64,000 nt of DNA from a virus (IMGVR_UViG_3300023202_000102:2700-66699); one strand, 5' to 3'. Shown: positions 43,429 to 52,359, counted from the stretch's first letter. Program-made: numbers and translations. Notes: a model not told the origin generated them from the sequence alone.

Positions 43429-45717
43429 ATGCTAGACAAGACCGGCAAACCATACAAGAAAGCATCCGGGGAACCAGATTGGCTTACAGAGTCAGAGGGT
43501 TTTCTAGATGATCTGTTTCCCTCTGAGCCCGATTACTCAGCACAGCAAGAGGAGGGTGCGTTCGAAGGTCCAACCACCCCAACTGCCCAGCCGGAGACTC
43601 AGCCACAAGAACAGCCTCAGACAGCTCCAGCTGCCCCTGAGTTGAGCGAGTTCAATGAGCTAGGGCTGGACAACCTCTTTGAAGAGGACGGCTCTGAGCC
43701 AGCGGCTGAGGAGCAGCCCGCTCAGACTGAATGGACGCGTCCAGAATGGTTGCCAAAAGAAAACTACATCTACTCTGATGAAGAGAAGGCCACGCTTCAA
43801 GAGGCGTTCAAAACAGACATCGTTCAGCTTCCTCCTCCGGATCTTTCCAAGGTCAAGAATCTTAAATCTGGTATCCGATATCTAAGCTCTCTTGGTGACA
43901 GAGGCGAGATCGTAGCGCAAAACGTACAAGAGGCCATGACTATGGTGGACTCTGCTACTGCGGATAGAGATAAAGAAGCAGTTAAGCGAGCAGCTCAAGC
44001 TGCCGCCTCGGCATCTATCAACCTACACACCCTTGCCAAAGAGGCTGAGAATGTCTTTGGTGATAAGGATACTGTGGGTAAGGTTCGTACCGCTGTTGAT
44101 ACAATGATTGCTCTCATTGCGGAAGAGGTAGGTTCAAAGCTCTCTGATAGGGGTCAGGATTTCTACAACAAGATGTTTGATAAGGAGACCATGGAGAGAG
44201 TAAGAAAGCGCAAGCCTCTTACTGGTCAGTACTATCCAGAGTGGTACATCAACCGTGACCTTCGCACCATCCAAATCATGGAGAACCAAGGCCTTACTGA
44301 GGACAAAGCCCTTGAAAAAGCAAAGAAAGAAACTGAACGAGCTGAAATTCTTATCGATCAGAACCTGAAAGACGCCTCAGTTAATGACAAAGAGCGATAC
44401 AAAGCTGAGTTTTCTCGTCAGCTTGTCTCTGGTTCTTCAATTGAAGATGCCGAGGAACACCTTATCAACCTAATGACTCGTGGTTCAAACGAAAAAATCT
44501 TTAGTGAGATTAACCTTCGACCATTTGTAGACAATGATGAGGCAATTCAAGATAAGATAGATCTTATCAAGGAACCTGAGGGTTTTGTTATTGACCTTAC
44601 AGAAGAGGGTATTGATACCAATGTGGCCACCAAGATTGGTGATCAGATTAGGGACTTCGCTCGTGCCGCTGATAGAACTTTGAAGTACATACTAAACGTA
44701 CCTGATACTGGTGCTGAATATGGTTCAGAAGAAAATGTCATGGGTAGAACTAACCTGGCTAGGGCCCATGCTTTGTTCAGTAAGCTCATGATGACTCCTA
44801 AGGAAATCATTGAGAACGAATATGTCAGAGAAACTTTTGATGACATTTACATCATTGATAGAACGCTCAGTGACTATGCTAAGAATGAAAGGTATGGACT
44901 TGGTGGTGCTGCCGGTCAGGAAACACCGGGTGGAGTCAGTTCTACCCTGAAAGATTTTGATGAGGACGTGAAGGGTCCAGAGGTTAATGAACAAACTCTG
45001 CAGGGTGGAACAGAAGACACTGGCTTTCAAGAGATTGGAACCAAGCCTTCGGGTGGTTCCACCACCACACCTCGTCCTAAAGAGAAGCGTGAGCAACATG
45101 ACAAGGACTATCAACGCCGTCAGCGCGAGTCTGGTGCGTACCAAGCTAAGCTTGAAAGAGATAAGAAAAAATTAGAGGCAGATGCTGAGCGAGCTGCAGC
45201 TCACAATGAGCGTGCCTTCTTGGATGGAACCATCTCTAGAGACAACTACAACAACTCAAAGAGATGGCTCAACCTAACTCGTGGCAGAAAACTACGAGGC
45301 TCTGATGAATACGTTGAGTTTGAGAACCTAGCTAAGCTAGACTCTGCAATTGCAAAGAACACAGCAAAGACTAGAGATTTGATTAGTAAGTACGTTCAAA
45401 AGGTTACTGGCTCTTGGTTTGATGAAGAAGAGAAGAAAAGAAGAATAGTCAATATGGTTGCAAAACTAATTGGCTCTCTTGAAAAAACAAAGGAAAAGAT
45501 AGATGGATCTGAAAAATATGCATCGGAAGTTTCCACAGCTATTGACTCTCTTATTCAAAACATACCAATACTCACAGCTCAAGTTAAAGAAAAAGCAAAC
45601 AAACTAGACATACCAGTAAGAGAGAAAGATTTCAAGGTTAGAGATGGTAGAAAGAAAAGATCAGACGATCTCTTTCGGTTAATTGATATGTTTGCAAAGT
45701 ATGCTGAGACCATATAA
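43429..45717 (+). CDS. Large hypothetical protein (762 aa), PQ/E-rich N-terminus, coiled-coil regions
   Basis: Clean ORF; possibly an ejected or virion protein; no motif recognised. Confidence 0.5.
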   Translation: MLDKTGKPYKKASGEPDWLTESEGFLDDLFPSEPDYSAQQEEGAFEGPTTPTAQPETQPQEQPQTAPAAPELSEFNELGLDNLFEEDGSEPAAEEQPAQTEWTRPEWLPKENYIYSDEEKATLQEAFKTDIVQLPPPDLSKVKNLKSGIRYLSSLGDRGEIVAQNVQEAMTMVDSATADRDKEAVKRAAQAAASASINLHTLAKEAENVFGDKDTVGKVRTAVDTMIALIAEEVGSKLSDRGQDFYNKMFDKETMERVRKRKPLTGQYYPEWYINRDLRTIQIMENQGLTEDKALEKAKKETERAEILIDQNLKDASVNDKERYKAEFSRQLVSGSSIEDAEEHLINLMTRGSNEKIFSEINLRPFVDNDEAIQDKIDLIKEPEGFVIDLTEEGIDTNVATKIGDQIRDFARAADRTLKYILNVPDTGAEYGSEENVMGRTNLARAHALFSKLMMTPKEIIENEYVRETFDDIYIIDRTLSDYAKNERYGLGGAAGQETPGGVSSTLKDFDEDVKGPEVNEQTLQGGTEDTGFQEIGTKPSGGSTTTPRPKEKREQHDKDYQRRQRESGAYQAKLERDKKKLEADAERAAAHNERAFLDGTISRDNYNNSKRWLNLTRGRKLRGSDEYVEFENLAKLDSAIAKNTAKTRDLISKYVQKVTGSWFDEEEKKRRIVNMVAKLIGSLEKTKEKIDGSEKYASEVSTAIDSLIQNIPILTAQVKEKANKLDIPVREKDFKVRDGRKKRSDDLFRLIDMFAKYAETI

Positions 45718-45881
45718 ATTTCCTGTCGAGTCCTCCCTGGATGATCGGCTTACAGCAGTGGTCATGTGTCATAGTGTCATAGTGGATCTAAATATAAGAT
45801 CAAATAGATCATATATACTAGGGTAGCTTTTACAATTAAGTTATTTATTACAAAAAAGATCCTGAAACATTAGAAACAAAA

Positions 45882-46214
45882 ATGGAAGAGTTTGAGGGGT
45901 TACCAGGAATAAAAGAATACCTTTCGGCGCAAGGAGACGGGGTTCCCGTCGAGGTGCCCGAGCTTGAACATGTTGCAGATGAACTTGTAGCATACACAGG
46001 ACTTACCAAAGAACAATCATACAGAATCATATCTCTGTTATTTCAAGAGATCAGATCAACTATGCTCAATGGTGATCAAGTAGACATAAGAGGGTTTGGA
46101 ACTTTTCTCGTGTCGAGTCCGGCTACTACTGGAAATGCTAAGCGGGTATTTCCAAAATTCAAACCCAAGAAATCTCTACTGCAACGTATCAATAATGACA
46201 GAAAAGACACTTGA
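45882..46214 (+). CDS. HU/IHF-family DNA-binding protein with about 35-aa N-terminal extension
   Basis: 'TKEQSYRIISLLFQEIRSTMLNGDQVDIRGFGTFLV...KRVFPKFKPKK' (GFGxF arm); AT-rich promoter-like region upstream. Confidence 0.7.
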   Translation: MEEFEGLPGIKEYLSAQGDGVPVEVPELEHVADELVAYTGLTKEQSYRIISLLFQEIRSTMLNGDQVDIRGFGTFLVSSPATTGNAKRVFPKFKPKKSLLQRINNDRKDT

Positions 46215-46518
46215 ACAACTTAACATAGTGGATGAGGGAGATCCTCCACAGTCAATGCCACCTGATAAAGAACCAGGTGATGAGAGATCATCAGAAGCAT
46301 TAGCGGCTATCATAGTTGCTCATCGTGCTCTTGGTGCATTCAAAGAAGAATCTAGATCGGCAATGATTGAACTCATGAAACGTAAGAAAGCTGGTGATGA
46401 TTTTGATTTTGATGGATATATTACTAAAAGATTAGGGGAAGTTCCTAAGTCTAAGTTCTCACCAGAGATAGCTAGGTTTATGAATAACCTTTCACGAATG
46501 GGAGGAGTGGGTAAATGA
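46195..46518 (+). CDS. Hypothetical acidic protein
   Basis: MTEKTLEQLNIVDEGDPPQ...; start taken at the internal Met of track ORF 46096..46518 to avoid overlapping the HU gene. Confidence 0.4.
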   Translation: MTEKTLEQLNIVDEGDPPQSMPPDKEPGDERSSEALAAIIVAHRALGAFKEESRSAMIELMKRKKAGDDFDFDGYITKRLGEVPKSKFSPEIARFMNNLSRMGGVGK

Positions 46519-47054
46519 CTGACAAAGTTCTATGTAATGAGTTGACAAAGAAGTTTTTGAAAGACATTGGTGGCACTCCTTATTCTTTTGGTAAAGCTGG
46601 TCTGACACATAAAGATCTCAGAAGAAAAGAGACACTGAAACTTTCTGAAGAAAAAGGGGTTGTGCAAACAGTTCCGATGTGGTACGGTGAAGCTCAAGGT
46701 CTTTCTGCAAAGACTTGTGCACTGATTTGTTCTCTGTCACATCAGGGCGATGATCTCGAAGTTGCCGGTGTTGTTGGCTTTCGTTCTGGTACTGGTGAGA
46801 TCATGAAAGGATCTGGGTGTATTGGTTTTTACTTTGACTGGAAAAATGAACAAGAACTTTTGAAGATAAAGCTTCAAGACAAATGGTTGCCACTAGATAT
46901 GTCTGCCCGTCTTCGGCTTGGGCTGGGGTTCGAAACTATGGTACAGGAAGGTGTGCTGTGGAACACTTCTCCCTCGATCCCAGAACCTTTCCTCAAGAAT
47001 CTTCAAGAGATGATTGAGGTTGACGAAGAGGTTGACGAAGAGGTTGAAGAGTGA
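46515..47054 (+). CDS. Hypothetical protein
   Basis: 179 aa; C-terminal 'EVDEEVDEEVEE' acidic repeat. Confidence 0.5.
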   Translation: MTDKVLCNELTKKFLKDIGGTPYSFGKAGLTHKDLRRKETLKLSEEKGVVQTVPMWYGEAQGLSAKTCALICSLSHQGDDLEVAGVVGFRSGTGEIMKGSGCIGFYFDWKNEQELLKIKLQDKWLPLDMSARLRLGLGFETMVQEGVLWNTSPSIPEPFLKNLQEMIEVDEEVDEEVEE

Positions 47055-47087
47055 TAGGGTCGCCATCCGGTTGCTTTTGCAGCACAT

Positions 47088-47327
47088 ATGAAGATGGTAT
47101 TCTATATTCTCACTCCCAATAAGATCACTGAGTTTGATTGCTCTCAGGAAGACTTTCTCCCTGATGCGATCATGTATGCCCTTCAATCGGCAAACAATAA
47201 GATTGCTACTAATGAGCAATCTTTTGCTGCGCTGCAGGAAGCGTATCCAAGTTTCCATCAATACCGAATACAAGTCGGACAAGTAGAAAAAAAGATAGAT
47301 GTCATCACACAATCGTTTTATCGTTAA
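47088..47327 (+). CDS. Hypothetical protein
   Basis: 79 aa ORF. Confidence 0.4.
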   Translation: MKMVFYILTPNKITEFDCSQEDFLPDAIMYALQSANNKIATNEQSFAALQEAYPSFHQYRIQVGQVEKKIDVITQSFYR

Positions 47328-47739
47328 GTACATTGCTGATGCGGTAAAAAACAATCTCGATCCTACTGATGCTGCTATTGCAGAAATAGAAGAGATCGAT
47401 GAGAAGCTGCACGCTGCGGAAGAACTTAAGATTCGCCGCATGAAAGTCCTCAAGGTACTTGATCATTTTGGTAACGATACCTTTCGAAGGAGGCGTACCG
47501 TATCTGTTCCGGCATCAGAAGATGTTGATGAGGATGAGCAGCTTCAAGAATTGCAGAAGAAGATTCTGGATGTACTTTCACAGTACCCTGATCGTGCATT
47601 GGATATGCGAACGATTATCCAGAAGGTTGGATCTTATGATAAGGATGCGCTTGTCATCCGTGCTGTGAAAAACCTTGGTGATGAAGAGCTTGTTACTCGC
47701 GATGATGAGAAGCGAGTAATGCTGTCACCTCAAAAATGA
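47299..47739 (+). CDS. Hypothetical protein
   Basis: 146 aa ORF. Confidence 0.45.
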   Translation: MSSHNRFIVKYIADAVKNNLDPTDAAIAEIEEIDEKLHAAEELKIRRMKVLKVLDHFGNDTFRRRRTVSVPASEDVDEDEQLQELQKKILDVLSQYPDRALDMRTIIQKVGSYDKDALVIRAVKNLGDEELVTRDDEKRVMLSPQK

Positions 47740-47758
47740 AACAAGAAAGAATACAAAT

Positions 47759-48586
47759 ATGTCACAAGTAGTTATCATTGGAGATGTAGATTGGCTTCGT
47801 AACGATTACGTTTCACCAATCAAACTCAATGGGATTACATATCCCACTGCGGAGCATGCCTACCAGGCATCCAAGTTCAATGACAATAATCTGAAGCAAG
47901 ACATTGCTGATATGGATCTTCGCAGGGCGCGGCACACTGGCCGACACGCCAAGATCCGTGATGATTGGATGTCTATCCGTGAGATTGTTATGGAAACAAT
48001 CTTGCGTGAGAAGTTCTCAGATGATCTTCTCGGTGATCGTTTGGCCAAGACTGGCAGTGATGACATTGTAATGACTGGTTACGATGACTTCTGGGGCCAA
48101 GATGATAATGGTAGCGGCTCCAATCGTCTAGGTGAAATTCTTCAGAACATTCGTCGAGAGATTCAGTTCAAGAGGAACATCAACCCAGATGATTATTCGT
48201 CTACCGCATCAAGCGTGCGAGATACATCGCTCTCTGATGAGCTTCGTGATGAGCCTTCGGAAGATCTTTTCGATGTCGTTCAGGACCTGTTTACCTCTGT
48301 AAAAGATGTTCTTTCGCTGGTAGATGCAGATGATACTAATGTGGACCTGATGTCCAGAATGACAGGGCAGCCATCCTCTGTTGTGCAGGATGCTATCTCT
48401 AAGGTAAGGGAGCTGAAGTCCTCGGTGAATGCGATTCGTTCGCTCCTCGGTGAAGATGTTAATGATGTCAGCGTAGCTGACGATCATTCACAATCAACCT
48501 CATTTGATCCTAGAGGTTTTGGTAACATGGAGCAGAATGATATCGATGACATCGACAATTTCGACTTCCATGGTTACCTAGATTAA
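47759..48586 (+). CDS. NADAR (YbiA/DUF1768) domain protein with acidic C-terminal tail
   Basis: 'ITYPTAEHAYQASKF', 'RARHTGRHAKIRDDWMSIREIVMETILREKF', 'GDRLAKTGSDDIVMTGYDDFWG' match the NADAR/N-glycosidase fold signature. Confidence 0.6.
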   Translation: MSQVVIIGDVDWLRNDYVSPIKLNGITYPTAEHAYQASKFNDNNLKQDIADMDLRRARHTGRHAKIRDDWMSIREIVMETILREKFSDDLLGDRLAKTGSDDIVMTGYDDFWGQDDNGSGSNRLGEILQNIRREIQFKRNINPDDYSSTASSVRDTSLSDELRDEPSEDLFDVVQDLFTSVKDVLSLVDADDTNVDLMSRMTGQPSSVVQDAISKVRELKSSVNAIRSLLGEDVNDVSVADDHSQSTSFDPRGFGNMEQNDIDDIDNFDFHGYLD

Positions 48587-48708
48587 GTTGGGTAGTGTAA
48601 GGCGTGGGGTTTGGAGCAGGGTAGCTCTCCACCACACAAGTTTCGGCTCGCCTCCTTTCCGTCTTGCGCGGTATCTAGGCAAGAAATAAGCGCCCACTGG
48701 ATACATTA

Positions 48709-48758
48709 GGAACCCTGACCAATACTGTGATGCAGCCACAGGGTCAGGGTTCTTTTTT
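48709..48758 (+). terminator. Rho-independent terminator
   Basis: GAACCCTGACC...GGTCAGGGTTC (11-bp stem) followed by TTTTTT, then GGAGGAG Shine-Dalgarno and the next ATG. Confidence 0.6.
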
Positions 48759-48767
48759 GGAGGAGTC

Positions 48768-49211
48768 ATGAAGATAGCAGAGTTTCCAAAGTTTTGTCAT
48801 GAGGTGTATGCGGTTCATGAATCGTTCATGCGTTTCGGATTTAAGTCAGATGATATCTTTGTTGTGGTTAACAATGTGATAGGTCTGGGTAAAAACATTC
48901 TATGTGTTGAGCTTCGTGCTCAGGGTAAGAAGTTTGTTGTTCCGATAACTCCGTGTATGGATGGAAAAGATAGAATGTTTAATGATTGGCGTGCGTTCAT
49001 CAATTGTGTTGCTGATGAGAATACAACTGATGAGGAGCTTGATGCCTCTTTCAGATCTACCACCATGGGAGTATCACCCATGGGGATGGGTATTCTTGCT
49101 GGTACACTATCTAAGCGTGGGTTTGTGGTTCCTTCGCTTGTAGATGGTGGTAAGTCCATGGAGGTTTTTGCCGGAGAACAACCAGGTTTGAGTAAGGGTG
49201 GCGATGCTTGA
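48768..49211 (+). CDS. Hypothetical protein
   Basis: 147 aa ORF with a strong Shine-Dalgarno. Confidence 0.5.
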   Translation: MKIAEFPKFCHEVYAVHESFMRFGFKSDDIFVVVNNVIGLGKNILCVELRAQGKKFVVPITPCMDGKDRMFNDWRAFINCVADENTTDEELDASFRSTTMGVSPMGMGILAGTLSKRGFVVPSLVDGGKSMEVFAGEQPGLSKGGDA

Positions 49212-49380
49212 TGATTTCAATTATGAAGTAAACAATCATCAAGCAAAATCTATTTGGTGGTATCGGCGTAGGTTGTTGTGGGAGAAAGCTTTGCCATTTA
49301 GATTGTGGTATGGAAGAACTATATGGAAGCTTAGGTATTATCGAGCCTGTCTCAAACGAGCTTACAGAGACGATGATTAA
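49198..49380 (+). CDS. Small hypothetical protein (W/R-rich)
   Basis: 60 aa ORF. Confidence 0.3.
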   Translation: MAMLDDFNYEVNNHQAKSIWWYRRRLLWEKALPFRLWYGRTIWKLRYYRACLKRAYRDDD

Positions 49381-49401
49381 TGGATATAGTCACATTAGTA
49401 T

Positions 49402-49910
49402 ATGCAGTCTTATGTTCCAGGGGTTGGGGAAGTGCCTAGAGACTTATCTGAAATCTCCGAAGAGGAGTTGAAGCGTTGGAGACGAACGTTATACGGGCAG
49501 AAACAAAAGCACCGTAGAGAGATGGACAACATAGATACTGAGCTGATTGGGATTAAGGAGGAGTTACGAAAGCGAAACGAAAGAACGTTGGCCGAACAGA
49601 GCTTACCCAGAAACTACACGAAAGATTAGGCTGTGCCATTTCTTATCGTAAGGTTCATCAAGCCGTTCAGCTGATATTCAATTCGTTATCTTTGGATCTT
49701 ATAGAGGATCATGTAATAACCGTTAAGAACTTTGGTACTTTATCTCCTCATACCAGAGCATCGCACTCTGCACATGACGTTTCTTCTGGACAGATTCGTA
49801 CCATATCTGCTAAAAGGGCGGTCAAGTTTCACCCACATGAGTCCTTCCTCTCTTTGCTGAAGGATCGGGAGGAACTATTTCGAGAGAAAGAAGACGAAAA
49901 AAAGTCTTGA
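49402..49910 (+). pseudogene. Second HU/IHF-family paralog split across two frames (apparent -1 frameshift or 1-nt loss)
   Basis: Frame 1 (49402..49629) gives MQSYVPGVGEVPRDL..., resembling the HU1 N-extension 'GVPVEVPEL'. Frame 0, open from 49557, reads ...RTELTQKLHERLGCAISYRKVHQAVQLIFNSLSLDLIEDHVITVKNFGTL...KRAVKFHPHESF, a complete HU fold with no in-frame canonical start until a TTG at 49692. The junction lies in 'CGAAAGCGAAACGAAAGAACG'. Confidence 0.4.
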
Positions 49911-49935
49911 CGGGAATGATTCCCTGATGTACCTT
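49907..49935 (+). promoter_or_regulatory. Sigma70-like promoter TTGACG-17-TACCTT
   Basis: GTCTTGACG ... TACCTT; the spacer contains the palindrome GGGAATGATTCCC; precedes the gene at 50003. Confidence 0.35.
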
Positions 49936-50002
49936 CGGCTTCTCTTCAAAGGGCAAGGCCCCACACCAACACACTCATTCAATCAAGAAAGAGCTATACC
50001 AA

Positions 50003-50545
50003 ATGTCAAAGCAAAACCCCGCAGAAGCAGCAGTTGAACAGACTGAAGCTGAGAACAACCCCCGTGCACGTAACCGATACTACATGCTTGCGGCACAGTC
50101 AGGTGAAAAGAAGAACCCCATCATCCTTGATTGCCTTTGCGCAAACTCTCTCGATGAAGCCAAGGAGTCTTTTGAAGACCTTCATGGGAAGGCTCCTATG
50201 GCCTGGCATGACGGCTCTGATGTCGAGAAGGGCAAGGGAGGCAATGGTTTCTATCTAGCAATGGGAACCGGCGCATCTGCCGCTCAGCGCATCTCTGTGA
50301 CTGTCACTCCGAAGCAGCTTGCTAAGCGCACCGACTATGCTTTCGAGGCTCACTTCCAGGGATGGAAGGTGTATGGAAATGGACTTGCAGCATGTACCAT
50401 TAACAAGACTGAGTATGATGACAATGAGTTGGTCTCAATCGAGTTCGATGAACTTGTTGACAAGAACAACAAGGTGGACAAGCCCAAGCTCAAGAAGAAG
50501 GAGGTTGTGCGCCTCTCTTCTCTGAGCAACATCGAGCAGCTCTAA
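50003..50545 (+). CDS. Hypothetical protein (180 aa) in a stand-alone transcription unit
   Basis: Own promoter upstream and a perfect terminator downstream; no motif recognised. Confidence 0.55.
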   Translation: MSKQNPAEAAVEQTEAENNPRARNRYYMLAAQSGEKKNPIILDCLCANSLDEAKESFEDLHGKAPMAWHDGSDVEKGKGGNGFYLAMGTGASAAQRISVTVTPKQLAKRTDYAFEAHFQGWKVYGNGLAACTINKTEYDDNELVSIEFDELVDKNNKVDKPKLKKKEVVRLSSLSNIEQL

Positions 50546-50569
50546 AGAAGTCCCATCCGTCACAGGATC

Positions 50570-50603
50570 AAAGCCCCTTGGTAATCCAAGGGGCTTTTTT
50601 TGT
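50570..50603 (+). terminator. Rho-independent terminator (perfect 12-bp stem, TAAT loop, U-tract)
   Basis: AAAGCCCCTTGG-TAAT-CCAAGGGGCTTT-TTTTTGTT. Confidence 0.85.
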
Positions 50604-50619
50604 TCAGAATACGTTCTAT

Positions 50620-50865
50620 TTAGTCGAATAATCCAGTTCTACATTGGACCGGGTGTTTCTTTATGAAGCCATCTAGATAGTCTCTGAGTTCTATCACCTT
50701 GTCAGTATTGAGCATGACCTTCCCCAACGCCCGATTATCGTAGTCATAAATAACCAAGATGATCTGCTCATCTTCGTTGTTCTTGTACGTCTCGGCGCGA
50801 AGGGTGCTGCCATGCTTTTTGCTGTGTTTCCAGCTCGGCGGAAATGTGCTATTTACTCGAATCAT
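50620..50865 (-). CDS. Small hypothetical protein (minus strand)
   Basis: 81 aa ORF divergent from the dksA-like gene. Confidence 0.4.
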   Translation of the reverse strand: MIRVNSTFPPSWKHSKKHGSTLRAETYKNNEDEQIILVIYDYDNRALGKVMLNTDKVIELRDYLDGFIKKHPVQCRTGLFD

Positions 50866-50870
50866 ATTTA

Positions 50871-50965
50871 CCTACATGTAGGATATCTACATACCGTATC
50901 CCACATTATGCCTAGAAAGTCAACTTGCTACTTGAACATTTAGTTGCGACCTGAGCTTTCTAGGC
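50871..50965. promoter_or_regulatory. Divergent intergenic region with a 12-bp palindrome and a 10-bp inverted repeat (operator-like)
   Basis: CCTACATGTAGG (50871-82); GCCTAGAAAG (50910-19) ... CTTTCTAGGC (50956-65) flanking TTGCTA/TTGCGA hexamers. Confidence 0.4.
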
Positions 50966-51017
50966 ATGATTTCTCATTGTGGTCGAGCGCGCCAAGGATG
51001 CGTGCAGAGAGGTCACG

Positions 51018-51368
51018 ATGAAAACGAAAGAAATAAAGGCTTTGCAGGACAAGTATCACCTCATCATTGATGAGCTGGTTATGTCAATCAATAAGTCAGA
51101 CTGTGAAATAGACATTGCAGGAGATTCGGTGGATAAGATCCAAGGAAGTTCTCTTGCAAGTATACACAACACTATTCTTCGTAAGAATATAGTAAGACTG
51201 GAACTGTTAAAAGCAGCGGTCGAGAGGATTGAAGACGGCACATTTGATGGTGCCTGTGAAGAATGCGGAGAGGATATTGGAATCAAAAGACTTGAGGTTC
51301 TTCCTGGAGCTGTAATGTGCATTAAATGTGCAGAGCAAGCTGAATATTATCAGAGAAATTCAGTGTAA
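51018..51368 (+). CDS. DksA/TraR-family C4 zinc-finger transcription factor
   Basis: 'CEECGEDIGIKRLEVLPGAVMCIKCAE' is the DksA/TraR C4 finger; coiled-coil N-terminus; ATG at 51018 with AGAGAGG Shine-Dalgarno (the track ORF starts at GTG 50979). Confidence 0.65.
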   Translation: MKTKEIKALQDKYHLIIDELVMSINKSDCEIDIAGDSVDKIQGSSLASIHNTILRKNIVRLELLKAAVERIEDGTFDGACEECGEDIGIKRLEVLPGAVMCIKCAEQAEYYQRNSV

Positions 51369-51416
51369 GTACAACTCGTACCAGTGAATATCACTGTATA
51401 GTACGGGAGCCTAAGT

Positions 51417-52085
51417 ATGCGAAAAACCAATCTTAATCCGATATTCTTTGAGAAAACAAAAGACGGCGAGGCGATGTATGATGTATCATCTCGTCTAGTA
51501 AAAGACAGAGTCATCTACATTGACTGTGAGATAGATGAAGAGATAGCTGCACAAGTGACTGCATTGTTATTCCTACTTGATAGAGAAGCTGATGATAAGC
51601 CAATCAAGATGTGGATCAATTCACCTGGTGGCGACCTTACAGGTTTCTTTGCTATCTATGACATGATGCATCGAGTCAGGGCTCCTATTAGAACTGTTTG
51701 TGTTGGGCAGGCGTGCTCTGCCAGTGCCCTTCTCTTAGCCTCAGGTTCTCCTGGGATGCGATATGTAATGCCTAACTCCCGTATTATGATTCATCAGATT
51801 CAGATTGGTGGGCTGGAAGGGTCTAACGCAGAGATTGAGATAGAAACAAAAGAATTGAACCAGGTTCAAGATCGTCTTACAGAAATCCTTGCTCGTCATT
51901 CTGGTCATACCAAAGCAAAGATTAAGAGAGATACCAAGATGGATAAGTGGTTCAGTGCGGAAAGAGCTATTGAGTATGGGCTGGCAGATAAAATTCTTAA
52001 TCCCATCAAGGAAGCTCCCGACCTCATTACCAGAGAGCCTAAGAGAGGTAAAAAGGTTGAGGTAGATGATGGTACAGAGGAATGA
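51417..52085 (+). CDS. clpP: ClpP protease subunit (copy 2, divergent paralog)
   Basis: 'WINSPGGDLTGFFAIYD', Ser in 'VGQACSASALLLA', His in 'SRIMIHQ', Asp in 'KIKRDTKMDKWFSAERAIEYGLAD'. Confidence 0.85.
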   Translation: MRKTNLNPIFFEKTKDGEAMYDVSSRLVKDRVIYIDCEIDEEIAAQVTALLFLLDREADDKPIKMWINSPGGDLTGFFAIYDMMHRVRAPIRTVCVGQACSASALLLASGSPGMRYVMPNSRIMIHQIQIGGLEGSNAEIEIETKELNQVQDRLTEILARHSGHTKAKIKRDTKMDKWFSAERAIEYGLADKILNPIKEAPDLITREPKRGKKVEVDDGTEE

Positions 52086-52359
52086 TCTGAAGCCTAAGAT
52101 ACGACTCCAGGCGAACCGATTGCGGTGTCCTGAATGTCATGCAGGGGCTGATGATTTTGTCTTTATCATTGGGGATGATTTACGTTTTCGATTTGTTATC
52201 AGACAGGGTGGGTTAAAATCTCCCGTGTATATCCGGGATGGTAAGTATCGAAAAGTAATGGGTGTGAACAAAGCTCAAGCACTAGACACTGGTAAGTTTC
52301 TTACCATGATTTGTTTGCAGTGTGGCCACTCAAGAAAGACTGGAATACCGAATATCTAG
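52066..52359 (+). CDS. Small zinc-ribbon protein
   Basis: 'CPECHAGADDF...CLQCGH'. Confidence 0.4.
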   Translation: MMVQRNDLKPKIRLQANRLRCPECHAGADDFVFIIGDDLRFRFVIRQGGLKSPVYIRDGKYRKVMGVNKAQALDTGKFLTMICLQCGHSRKTGIPNI

